Source: Clostridiales bacterium (GTDB taxonomy: Bacteria; Bacillota; Clostridia; Peptostreptococcales; Anaerovoracaceae). Taken from it: DNA of 64,000 nt. Under the pieces are notes generated by a model. It saw only the letters and a list, made by a program, of their open reading frames with translations. It made no database searches and was not told where the DNA came from. Positions within the stretch are counted from its first letter, which is position 1; every line of letters starts with the position of its first letter. The stretch lies in the NCBI GenBank assembly GCA_015058145.1, contig SVCX01000001.1, forward strand, positions 76,297 to 140,296, written 5' to 3'. Position numbers and translations under genes: made by a program. Positions 38,639 to 47,099 of this stretch are shown piece after piece.

Positions 38639-39862
38639 TTATTTGATTTTTCTTGCCTCTATGTAATATCTCTTGTCTTCCGCGTGTCCCATGGAGAATG
38701 TTTTTCTCGGCAGAGCCCCGTCATTGATGACGGATTTGAATAGATCTCCTTTGTCCATAGCAGGCAGGAGGAATGCCATGCATCCCGGTTTGCTGCCCAA
38801 TTCGATGGTGATTTCATCACCATGAACATAATCGATACCGATACCGTGTTCCTTGATATACTTATCCAGGAAGGACTGAAGTGTTCCGACTTCCAGCTGA
38901 GCCTTCGGTTCTGTGACTGTGATGTAACCGTCTGCGCCTTCGTAAGCGTAGCGGATCACATGTCCCTCAGCTTTGCCGTCAACTGTAGATGGGTATTCTT
39001 CTTTAAAGGCCTTCAGAAGCGCTTCCGGATCTACATCAAACAGAACTCTGTGGATTGGTTCAAATTCCAGAGCGTCATCGTAGAGATTTACGATTTCAAC
39101 CAGCGCATATCTTGATGGAAGCGTGTTCTCGCTGCCCGGTCCGAACTTGGCCTTTTCTTCTTCGTATAATGCTTTTGCGGATGCCAGTGAATGGTTTCCG
39201 TCGCCGACAGCGAACAGCAGCGGCTGTGCGTCTGCCAGGGCTTCCAGAGCCTTGCAGGCTCCCTCTTTCAGATCATCCAGCACCAGCCATGCTTTGGCAT
39301 GACCGCCGCCTTCCATGAGATCGAAATCATAGATGACGTCTTCGCATGCAGCAAGCGGTCCTATTACCGTATTATCAACATCGTCAATAAGAAGCATTAC
39401 ATGCGGAAGTTCGATAGGCGCATTGCGTCTGACTGCCTGTCTCGGCGGGATTCTCTCAAGAACAGTGCCCTCTGTGGCTCTGACCAGGGACGTGCTGCCT
39501 TTGGAATAATCGTATTCTTCCAGGTCGATCTTGCCGATGAGGCCTCTTCTGATTTTGCCGTCGCTCTGAACTCTCTCCAGATATATCATGGCGTCAGGAT
39601 ACTCTTTGAATACGCCTGACTCAAGATACTCTTTCATCGTAGCGTTTATTTTATCGATATGCTCTTCAGTATGTCCGTCTGAAAGCTGGGCTTCCGGAAG
39701 AATAATGCGGAAAGTTGAAGGATCATTTCCTACTGTCGCCTCCACTCTCTCCCAGTATTCCGGCTGTGAAGTGAACTGATCGCACGCCACTACTGCCCAT
39801 GTCTCATACTTGCCTTTTGCCGGCAGAAGGATATCCGCGGCTGAAAAACCTGTCTTACTCAT
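38639..39862 (-). CDS. DUF1015 family protein
   Basis: WAVVACDQFTSQ, IDLEEYDY, RATEGT..R, VGDGNHSLA, LPRKTFSMG; start set at ATG 39862 (the longer ORF runs through the riboswitch). Confidence 0.88.
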   Translation of the reverse strand: MSKTGFSAADILLPAKGKYETWAVVACDQFTSQPEYWERVEATVGNDPSTFRIILPEAQLSDGHTEEHIDKINATMKEYLESGVFKEYPDAMIYLERVQSDGKIRRGLIGKIDLEEYDYSKGSTSLVRATEGTVLERIPPRQAVRRNAPIELPHVMLLIDDVDNTVIGPLAACEDVIYDFDLMEGGGHAKAWLVLDDLKEGACKALEALADAQPLLFAVGDGNHSLASAKALYEEEKAKFGPGSENTLPSRYALVEIVNLYDDALEFEPIHRVLFDVDPEALLKAFKEEYPSTVDGKAEGHVIRYAYEGADGYITVTEPKAQLEVGTLQSFLDKYIKEHGIGIDYVHGDEITIELGSKPGCMAFLLPAMDKGDLFKSVINDGALPRKTFSMGHAEDKRYYIEARKIK

Positions 39863-39892
39863 TGCTATCCATCCTTTCACATCTATCTCTCG

Positions 39893-39934
39893 AATAAACA
39901 AAAACAGAGAGAAAACATAACTTTTTCTCTCTGT
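39893..39934 (-). terminator. Riboswitch expression-platform terminator
   Basis: acagagagaaaa-loop-ttttctctctgt followed by TTTTGTTT on the minus strand. Confidence 0.8.
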
Positions 39935-39939
39935 CAAAA

Positions 39940-40080
39940 GCATCTTCAGAGTCCCGTCCGGATCTGATCCCTGGTACCTGAGAGTTTCAACGGCATCCAT
40001 ACCGTCTTGCCCCTTCGGCGCTTCGGCTGCAGGCGTTTTATCTGCAGTCAAGTCTCTCACAGATCCTTCATCCGAGTGCT
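39940..40080 (-). ncRNA. Glycine riboswitch (single aptamer with 3' ghost aptamer/k-turn)
   Basis: Minus strand CGGATGAAG-GATCTG-TGAGAGA...CGCCGAAGGGGCAAG...GAAACTCTCAGG...CAGATCC-GGACGGGACTCTGAAGA; upstream promoter TTGTAC-17-TGcTATTAT (40125-40097). Confidence 0.9.
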
Positions 40081-40143
40081 ATTCATCTACAAGAAAATAA
40101 TAGCATACTCTCATAATCGGTACAACGATTTTATTGTGCAAAA

Positions 40144-41115
40144 TCACCACATTATGATTGCCCGAACCGGGCAGACCGGAGCGCAGTAACCGCAGGTCAG
40201 ACAGACATCGTAGTCAACATCCGCAAGTCCATTTTCATTGAAGTAAATAGCCTTATTGGGACAGCGCTTCAGACATGCGCCGCAGCTTTCGCAGTCGCCC
40301 TGATCGATGTGGATCTTCTTGGATTTTACATCTGGCTGATAGTCCTCCGGAAGTCTTCCTTCGGCATAGTCAACAATGTCATCCACTTCGGATTTTTTTC
40401 CCATGCCAATCATGATTGTATGACATCCCAGATCACGGACATAATTCAGGGATTTCATGTACGTGTCTGTCAGATTTCCGCCGCCGAAGGCCTTCATGGC
40501 GAAGACACCCTTGCCTGCATCCAGGCATTTTCTGATGGCTGTTTCCATTTCCTCAGCGGTTCCGGGCCCGTTTCCCTTTCGGATACCTAGTCCGGCGTAA
40601 TTGATCAGCGGAAACACGATGTCACATTCCGGAATATCCGCCATCATCTCCGTGATGTCCACGTGATGGGTCGACACTCCGATGGCGCCCACAATACCTT
40701 TCTTTTTGTAGTCGATCAGGCACTGCCAGGCACCAGCCCTATCGGACCAGTCCGGCTCCTGTCGCACTTCATGCATTTTGAAGATATCGATGCGATTGAT
40801 TCCAAGAGCGTCGAGACATTCCAGAATCGCCACCTCCATCTCCTCATAGGAGTGATCCAGACTCTTGCTGGCGATAATCGGGCGATCTGGGTTGTGTTCA
40901 GACATATCAATGTCTTTGAAAGCCTCTCTGATATACGGATACGTCTCATAGTACTGCGCCGTATCGAAGAGATTGATGCCTTTGTCATAGGCGTACCTTA
41001 CAATTTCCGCGCCCTCATCCAAAGGCAAATCAAGCTGGGTATTGCCGATTGTCAGCACACCCAGCCCGATTGGAGTTACGTAAATATCTGTATTTCCGAG
41101 TTTGTTCTTATTCAT
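40144..41115 (-). CDS. Aldo/keto reductase with C-terminal 2x[4Fe-4S] domain
   Basis: LGNTDIYVTPIGLG, FDTAQYY, IGVSTH, MKAFGGG; CESCGACLKRCP and CLTCGYCAPVCP. Confidence 0.9.
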   Translation of the reverse strand: MNKNKLGNTDIYVTPIGLGVLTIGNTQLDLPLDEGAEIVRYAYDKGINLFDTAQYYETYPYIREAFKDIDMSEHNPDRPIIASKSLDHSYEEMEVAILECLDALGINRIDIFKMHEVRQEPDWSDRAGAWQCLIDYKKKGIVGAIGVSTHHVDITEMMADIPECDIVFPLINYAGLGIRKGNGPGTAEEMETAIRKCLDAGKGVFAMKAFGGGNLTDTYMKSLNYVRDLGCHTIMIGMGKKSEVDDIVDYAEGRLPEDYQPDVKSKKIHIDQGDCESCGACLKRCPNKAIYFNENGLADVDYDVCLTCGYCAPVCPVRAIIMW

Positions 41116-41118
41116 ATA

Positions 41119-41574
41119 CTATTCTTCAACCTGACAGCCGTGTTCATGGGCGTCAGGATCTGTTTCCGGCACATAACCTTCCAGTCCTTTATAGGTTTTG
41201 CCGTTCTTCTCCGCATAATCGTAGATTGCATTTTTGATCGCATGCTCTGCCAGAACGGAACAGTGGATTTTAATCGCCGGCAGTCCGCCGAGTTCTTCGA
41301 CAATCTTCTTGTTGCTGACTTCCAGCGCTTCATCGATGGTCATTCCCTTGATCATATCCGTAGCCATGCTGGAGGAAGCGATGGCGCTGCCGCATCCATA
41401 AGTCTTGAACTTGGCGTCGGTAATGACGTCGTTCTCATCGACATCGATCGTAACCAGCATCATATCGCCGCAGACCGGGCTGCCGTAAATGCCTTTGCCG
41501 TCCGGATTCTCGATTTCGCCCACGTTGTGCGGGTTCATGAAGTGTTCCATTACTGTATCGTTATATAAAGCCAT
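41119..41574 (-). CDS. nifU: Fe-S cluster scaffold NifU/IscU
   Basis: HFMNPHNVG, SPVCGD, KTYGCGSAIASSS, KIHCSVLA. Confidence 0.95.
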   Translation of the reverse strand: MALYNDTVMEHFMNPHNVGEIENPDGKGIYGSPVCGDMMLVTIDVDENDVITDAKFKTYGCGSAIASSSMATDMIKGMTIDEALEVSNKKIVEELGGLPAIKIHCSVLAEHAIKNAIYDYAEKNGKTYKGLEGYVPETDPDAHEHGCQVEE

Positions 41575-41575
41575 A

Positions 41576-42754
41576 TTAATTCCATCCTTCCATACCGTTA
41601 ACCGGTGATAATTCTCTGAGCTTAGCTACAATTTCTTTCAGTTTCTCAACTACGTAGTCGATATCCTCCTCCGTAGTGAAGTCACCGACTGTGAAGCGCA
41701 CCGCGCCGTTCGCCTTCTCAGGAGGAACATTGAGTGCGTTCAGGACGTGGGATGTGTCCAGTGATTCCGAAGAACAGGCAGATCCTGTGCTTACGCTGAT
41801 ACCGTTAGCGTCAAGAAGCAGCAGAATCGATTCGCCTTCCACATAGTCAAAGGAAATATTCAGATTTCCGGGATGACGTTTGGTGAAATCCTTCGGGCCG
41901 TTGAGTGAGATATCCGGAATCTCAGCGCTGATCTTGTCCCACAACTTCCGTCTCAGTCCATCTGAGTGGGCCGCGTGTTCGTAGAGCTGCTCATTTGCAA
42001 GTTCCGCCGCTTTACCGAATCCAACGATTCCGGCTGAATTCTCTGTACCCGCTCTCTTTCTTCTCTCCTGAGCGCCTCCGTGGACGAAGCTCGGGATATT
42101 GATGCCGGATCTCTTGTAAAGCGCGCCGACACCTTTTGGTCCGTATATCTTGTGCGCCGACATGGAGATGAAATCCACGCCGAGATCCTTCACGTCGATC
42201 GGAACGTTTCCAAGGGCCTGAACAGTATCCGTGTGGAAGAGAACTCCATGGGCCTTTGCGATGGCCGCAAGTTCCTTGATCGGCTGAATCGTTCCAACTT
42301 CATTATTAATCATCATAATGCTCACGAGAATCGTCGTATCCTTGATGGCCGCCTCCAGATCCGCCGGAGATACGAAGCCTTCGTTATCCACATCCAGATA
42401 CGTGACTTCGACGCCGTGTTTTTCAAGATACTGGCAGGTGTGCAGAATCGCGTGGTGCTCGATCTTCGTCGTAATGATGTGATTTCCCTTATTTTTATAT
42501 GCGTCCGCTACGCCCTCGATGACCCAGTTGTCTGCCTCGGTCCCGCAGGAAGTGAAGAAGATTTCCCTCTCCTCCGCGTTGATCAGATCAGCCACCTGCT
42601 GTCTGGCTTTTGACAGACCGTCCTTCGCCTCGAGTCCCGGTGCGTAAAGGCTCGATGGGTTGCCAAACTTCTCTGTAAAGTAAGGAATCATTTCCTTCAG
42701 GACATCCTCTTTGACCGGAGTCGTTGCAGAATAGTCCATATAGACATTTCTCAT
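41576..42754 (-). CDS. nifS: Cysteine desulfurase NifS/IscS
   Basis: YMDYSATTP, FGNPSS, SAHKIYGPKGVG, RAGTEN, STGSACSS. Confidence 0.96.
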   Translation of the reverse strand: MRNVYMDYSATTPVKEDVLKEMIPYFTEKFGNPSSLYAPGLEAKDGLSKARQQVADLINAEEREIFFTSCGTEADNWVIEGVADAYKNKGNHIITTKIEHHAILHTCQYLEKHGVEVTYLDVDNEGFVSPADLEAAIKDTTILVSIMMINNEVGTIQPIKELAAIAKAHGVLFHTDTVQALGNVPIDVKDLGVDFISMSAHKIYGPKGVGALYKRSGINIPSFVHGGAQERRKRAGTENSAGIVGFGKAAELANEQLYEHAAHSDGLRRKLWDKISAEIPDISLNGPKDFTKRHPGNLNISFDYVEGESILLLLDANGISVSTGSACSSESLDTSHVLNALNVPPEKANGAVRFTVGDFTTEEDIDYVVEKLKEIVAKLRELSPVNGMEGWN

Positions 42755-42775
42755 AAATTGCCTCTCCTTGATTAA

Positions 42776-42808
42776 ATCTTTACCATTTAGGTCAAGATGA
42801 TATTATAC
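42776..42808 (-). promoter_or_regulatory. nifS -10 box and IscR/Rrf2-type operator
   Basis: TATAAT (42808-03) followed by ATCTTGACC-TAAAT-GGTAAAGAT (42798-42776), a 9-5-9 palindrome with one mismatch. Confidence 0.6.
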
Positions 42809-43030
42809 CTTTTTAGTCCTATTTGCAAGTTCTTCTTTTAATTCTTCTTCAGAAAGATCTTCCACGAACCGGACGTTGTCCAGCTGAGCTTTCATGCTGC
42901 CTCTGATGGCGGCCAGATACTCCTTGTAGAGGTCTTTCTGTTCCGCCTGTTCTTCTGCCGTGAGACCCTCGGCCTTTTTCTTGGCCGCCAGCTCGTTGAT
43001 CCGGTCGATCATCTCTTTACTTATTGCCAT
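42803..43030 (-). CDS. DUF896 (YnzC/UPF0291) protein
   Basis: IDRINELAAKKKAEGLTAEEQAEQKDLYKEYL; GGAGG RBS. Confidence 0.9.
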   Translation of the reverse strand: MAISKEMIDRINELAAKKKAEGLTAEEQAEQKDLYKEYLAAIRGSMKAQLDNVRFVEDLSEEELKEELANRTKKV

Positions 43031-43779
43031 AATGACCTCCACTGTTCCACTTCATATTCAAACTTCGGCATCGTGCGCATCTTGAACAGATTGATCGAGT
43101 GCTTTCTATCGATGCGTTCTTTCGCCACAGGATCGTCGCACACGCCTTCCCGGATGTATCTGTCGAGAGCCGCATAGGTGAACCCCAGATTGTCCTCATC
43201 GGTTTTCCCCTGCAGTCCGTCGATCGGAATCTTGTCCACGAACATGGACGGAAGTCCAAGGGCCCTGCCGACCGCTTTGACCTCCTGTACGGTCAGCATA
43301 CTGAGAGGGCTGAAATCCCCTGCGTTATCGCCAAAAATCGTGTTGTATCCCACGTAATCTTCGGACAAGTTGCACGTATTAGCCACACGGCCGTTGACGG
43401 TTTGGGACGTGGCGTAGAGCATGGTCATTCTCACTCTCGGAGGAATGTTCGTCTTCGTCTGGACGGAGACCTCTCCAAAAGCTGCCTCAACCTGCTTTTC
43501 AACAGCGTCACAGGCTTCTCCCACATTCACTTCGATGCCGCGGATGCCCAGATGATCGATGAGGGCTCTCGCAACGTCGATATCGAACTGCACGCCTCTC
43601 GGCATCATAACGCCGACGACACGTTCCTTTCCCAGTGCTTCCGCGCAGAGAGCGGCCACAACGGAGCTGTCCTTTCCTCCGCTGACGCCGACCACAGCGT
43701 TGCATCCCGGCCCGTTGATTTCGAACCAGTCCCTGATCCATGCGATGATATCGTTCTTGACTTTTTCCGCATCAAACAT
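43021..43779 (-). CDS. nadE: NH3-dependent NAD+ synthetase
   Basis: GVSGGKDSSVVA, NIPPRVRMTMLY, TCNLSE..VGY.T..GD, TDEDNLG. Confidence 0.93.
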   Translation of the reverse strand: MFDAEKVKNDIIAWIRDWFEINGPGCNAVVGVSGGKDSSVVAALCAEALGKERVVGVMMPRGVQFDIDVARALIDHLGIRGIEVNVGEACDAVEKQVEAAFGEVSVQTKTNIPPRVRMTMLYATSQTVNGRVANTCNLSEDYVGYNTIFGDNAGDFSPLSMLTVQEVKAVGRALGLPSMFVDKIPIDGLQGKTDEDNLGFTYAALDRYIREGVCDDPVAKERIDRKHSINLFKMRTMPKFEYEVEQWRSLWQ

Positions 43780-44728
43780 GTTCTTTATCTCCTTCTTCTT
43801 GTATCGCTCTGAGAAGAGCGTTCAGTATATGTCCCGAGTTTATTTCAAAAGCCTCAATCGGCTGTTCCATCTCTTTCGCCGGTGTCCAGTACTTTTTGAT
43901 GTACCGGGCGAGCATTTCGTCGTAGTTCATTCCTTCCTGCAGCATGGACCGGACGAAACTCATCTTACTGTCGCATTCCGCGCGGAAAGCCGGGAAGTAC
44001 TCCTCATTGTAGTACTGCGGAATCATGCCGAAATGCGGAAGACAGATATATGCCGGGTGAATGCGCTCACACTTGTAGCTGGACGCAATGGAATCCGGAA
44101 AGCTCTTCAGGGACGGCGTGTGTACATAGTCCTTCCCTTCCAGTATCCCCGTGCTCTCGCTGGTGAACAGTATCCCAGCTGGCTGCAGGTAATAGCTGAG
44201 CGAACAGTCTGTGTGACCTTTCGTCTCAAAAGCCGTGATCGTCTCCTCGCCAAGGGAGACCTTATCGCCATCCTTCAGCACCTGATCCACTCTCAGGTTG
44301 TCAGTCCGGATCGGCGCGTCGCTCTCCGGCGTGTACAGTTCTCTTGCCTCTTCGCCTAATTCGCGGATGAGTTTCCGTGCGTTCTCACGCTCCAGGACCG
44401 ACTTGCACTTTTCGCTGCCGTAGACGACAGCCTCCGGGAACCGATCCAGTATATACGGCAATCCACCGATGTGGTCGTAGTGGGAATGGCTGAGGAAGAT
44501 GTAGTCCAGCCTATCCGTCTGTCCCGCGATATTCTCCGCCGTCTTCTCTCCGCAGTACGCCATGCCGCAGTCATACAGAGCGATTTTATCGCTTCCGCAG
44601 ATGAGCAGCGATTCCCCTCCGTGACCGGATGTAACTCTCTTTATGTCTGCCGGAAACGAAAATCTGTCGAATTCGTCTCCGAAGGTGTTGAATAACTCTA
44701 TATTGCTGTTAAATTCAGGTGTTTTCAT
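43772..44728 (-). CDS. MBL-fold metallo-hydrolase
   Basis: LSHSHYDHIGG, TKGHT, LPHFG. Confidence 0.88.
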   Translation of the reverse strand: MKTPEFNSNIELFNTFGDEFDRFSFPADIKRVTSGHGGESLLICGSDKIALYDCGMAYCGEKTAENIAGQTDRLDYIFLSHSHYDHIGGLPYILDRFPEAVVYGSEKCKSVLERENARKLIRELGEEARELYTPESDAPIRTDNLRVDQVLKDGDKVSLGEETITAFETKGHTDCSLSYYLQPAGILFTSESTGILEGKDYVHTPSLKSFPDSIASSYKCERIHPAYICLPHFGMIPQYYNEEYFPAFRAECDSKMSFVRSMLQEGMNYDEMLARYIKKYWTPAKEMEQPIEAFEINSGHILNALLRAIQEEGDKEHV

Positions 44729-45642
44729 TCCAGTCTGTTCTCTTTTGAGCTTTTGAATTCCCCATAGGTGAAGAACGCGAGTCCTACCCATACAATTGCA
44801 AAGGCTATAAACTGCACCAGGTCGAATGGCTCCCGCATGAAGAATATCCCGATAACCAGAGAAATCGACGGTGACAGATATTCCAGCAATCCCACCATGA
44901 TGAGCGGAATCTTCGTCGCCGCATCAGCGAAGAAGGACAGCGGAGCGGCGGTCAGAATACCGCAGCAGAGCAGCAGCAGGTACTTGCCCGGCGTCGCGAC
45001 GCCCAGAGCGCCATGCCCCGTGCACTCCAGCCAGATGACGACGGCCAGCGCCGGCGGCATCAGGAAGAGCGTCTCCAGGAACACCGACATGATGGCAGGC
45101 AGATCGAAGTGCTTCTTCAGCGCCGCGTAAAAGGCGAACGTGAGAGCCAGCCCAAGAGCGATGCCCGGAATCTGTCTGAAGTGCACCAGCAGTACCACCA
45201 GCCCGGCCAATGCGAATAGCAGCGCCGTGAGTTTGTAGCCTGTGAGCTTCTCATGGAACAGTACGATTCCGATTACGCAAACCATCAAAGGCTCGATATA
45301 GTATCCGACACAGGTCTGGATAACATGGTCCGCATTGACCGCCCAGATGTAGATACTCCAGTTGGCCGTAATCAGAAGACCTGCCATTGGAAATCTGAGA
45401 GGACCGCTGAGAATGCCTTTGCCTTTCCCTGTTGCAATGAGATGTTCCTTCACAGAGTCAAATCCGTAGATCTTCAGCGTCGCGATTCCGGAAACAAATC
45501 CCACAAGGATTATCCTGTAGAAAATGATAACCCAGGAATCTATGGGCCGCAGCGCCTGCCAGTAAATCGGCAATACGCCCCACAGCACATCACAGCTGAG
45601 CATGGATATGACGCCTGTTACATACGTTCTATCATGTTTCAT
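44725..45642 (-). CDS. rarD: EamA/RarD family DMT transporter
   Basis: LWGVLPIYW, NWSIYIWAV, GYYIEPL, FHEKL, LLEYLSPS, REPF. Confidence 0.88.
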   Translation of the reverse strand: MKHDRTYVTGVISMLSCDVLWGVLPIYWQALRPIDSWVIIFYRIILVGFVSGIATLKIYGFDSVKEHLIATGKGKGILSGPLRFPMAGLLITANWSIYIWAVNADHVIQTCVGYYIEPLMVCVIGIVLFHEKLTGYKLTALLFALAGLVVLLVHFRQIPGIALGLALTFAFYAALKKHFDLPAIMSVFLETLFLMPPALAVVIWLECTGHGALGVATPGKYLLLLCCGILTAAPLSFFADAATKIPLIMVGLLEYLSPSISLVIGIFFMREPFDLVQFIAFAIVWVGLAFFTYGEFKSSKENRLE

Positions 45643-46195
45643 CGTCTTCCGTATCCCCGCCGACCGAATCGATCAAATCGGAGAATGACATCGCATAGTA
45701 ATCGATATCGTAATCAAGCGCCGTCGAAAAATCGAAGGCGTACTCCACGCCGCTCAGTTTGCCGGCGCGGGCCGTGGAGATAGCGTCACGGACGCTCTGT
45801 TCAAATTCCCTCGATGTGCTCCGGTCCAGCACGGACACCTCCGTATCGTAGACGTACCAGTTGCGGAAGCGGTAGAATCGGTCCGTGAAATCGCGAATTG
45901 CCTCAGGATCGTCCTCAGAAGCGTTTTTTATCGTTCCGGTGAGTTCCAGTCTGATCTGATCCAGCAGAGAGAACATCTCGCTGTAATCAGCAGGCAGACC
46001 GCCTGTGATTTCATTGAAATACTCGTCAAGAAGCGAAGCGGCCGTTGCGGGCTCCATCTCGCCGAAGAGTTTCATGAGGGCTTCATGATCGATGTGTTCG
46101 TCGCTCTCGATAATGTCCGCCATCTCTTCGAAGTAACTGACCTCACTGCCGTTTTCTATATCAAGGTACTCAATCAATTCGTAGTAGTTCATCAT
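45632..46195 (-). CDS. Acidic hypothetical protein
   Basis: 187-aa ORF overlapping the murI stop and the rarD start, as expected in an operon. Confidence 0.75.
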   Translation of the reverse strand: MMNYYELIEYLDIENGSEVSYFEEMADIIESDEHIDHEALMKLFGEMEPATAASLLDEYFNEITGGLPADYSEMFSLLDQIRLELTGTIKNASEDDPEAIRDFTDRFYRFRNWYVYDTEVSVLDRSTSREFEQSVRDAISTARAGKLSGVEYAFDFSTALDYDIDYYAMSFSDLIDSVGGDTEDDET

Positions 46196-47013
46196 CCTGC
46201 CTCCCTCTCCAGATCGAAGTTCAGGAACTTGACCTTCTTCTCCTCATCTTTGAATATGTTGTCAATCATATTGATAAAGTTCTCACTCAGGTCGCTTGCG
46301 TAGAACACATTGGTAAAATCGGAACCAGAAGCGAAACCGTCTCTGTCATCCAGAACTTCGCGTATTCTTCCCGCCACGATATCCGACGGGTTGATGATAT
46401 CCAGCTGCGGATAGAGCCGCTCGATGTTCTTCTTGATGAGCGGATAATGGGTGCAGCCCAGAACAACAGCATCCAGATCGTTGTTCCGTACAAAGGAATC
46501 CATATAATAACGAATGGTCAGATCCATTATTTCATTGTCTATGATGCCCTCTTCGATAAGAGGAACAAAGGCTGGACACGGCGCTTCCGCGATGCGTATC
46601 CTGTCATTGTATTTCTGGATTTTATCTTTATATGCGTGGGATGCGATGGTGACCTTCGTTCCGATAACGCCCACCTTGTCCTTGACGCCTCTGTAAGTCG
46701 CCACGTATCTGGCAGTCGGCTCGATGATGCCGATGATCGGGATCTGCGGAAAACGCTCCTGCAGATCGTCCACGCAGGTTGCGCTGACGGTATTGCACGC
46801 GATGACGATCATCTTAACATCTGATTCCACCAGAAAATCGGCAATTTCCATACTGAAATTGCGTATCGTTCTCGTCGCCTTGGAGCCGTACGGCGTCCTG
46901 GCGGTATCGCCGAAATATATGATTTTTTCCTCAGGAAGTTCCCTCATGAGATAAGGGATGCAGGTCAGTCCGCCCAGTCCTGAATCAAAGAAGCCGATAG
47001 GCCTGTTATCCAT
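46192..47013 (-). CDS. murI: Glutamate racemase
   Basis: IGFFDSGLGGL, GDTARTPYG, IACNT, LGCTHYP. Confidence 0.97.
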   Translation of the reverse strand: MDNRPIGFFDSGLGGLTCIPYLMRELPEEKIIYFGDTARTPYGSKATRTIRNFSMEIADFLVESDVKMIVIACNTVSATCVDDLQERFPQIPIIGIIEPTARYVATYRGVKDKVGVIGTKVTIASHAYKDKIQKYNDRIRIAEAPCPAFVPLIEEGIIDNEIMDLTIRYYMDSFVRNNDLDAVVLGCTHYPLIKKNIERLYPQLDIINPSDIVAGRIREVLDDRDGFASGSDFTNVFYASDLSENFINMIDNIFKDEEKKVKFLNFDLEREAG

Positions 47014-47099
47014 ATTCACGTATCCTCTCTGTTATTGAATAATCAACTCAAGTATTATACAATATGACAAGACTAAAGTAAAACAACCGGGAGGTAAAA

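Noticed and set aside
39863-40060. 65-aa N-terminal extension of DUF1015 in the ORF track
   Set aside because: It runs through the glycine riboswitch and terminator; an AAAGGA RBS precedes ATG 39862.
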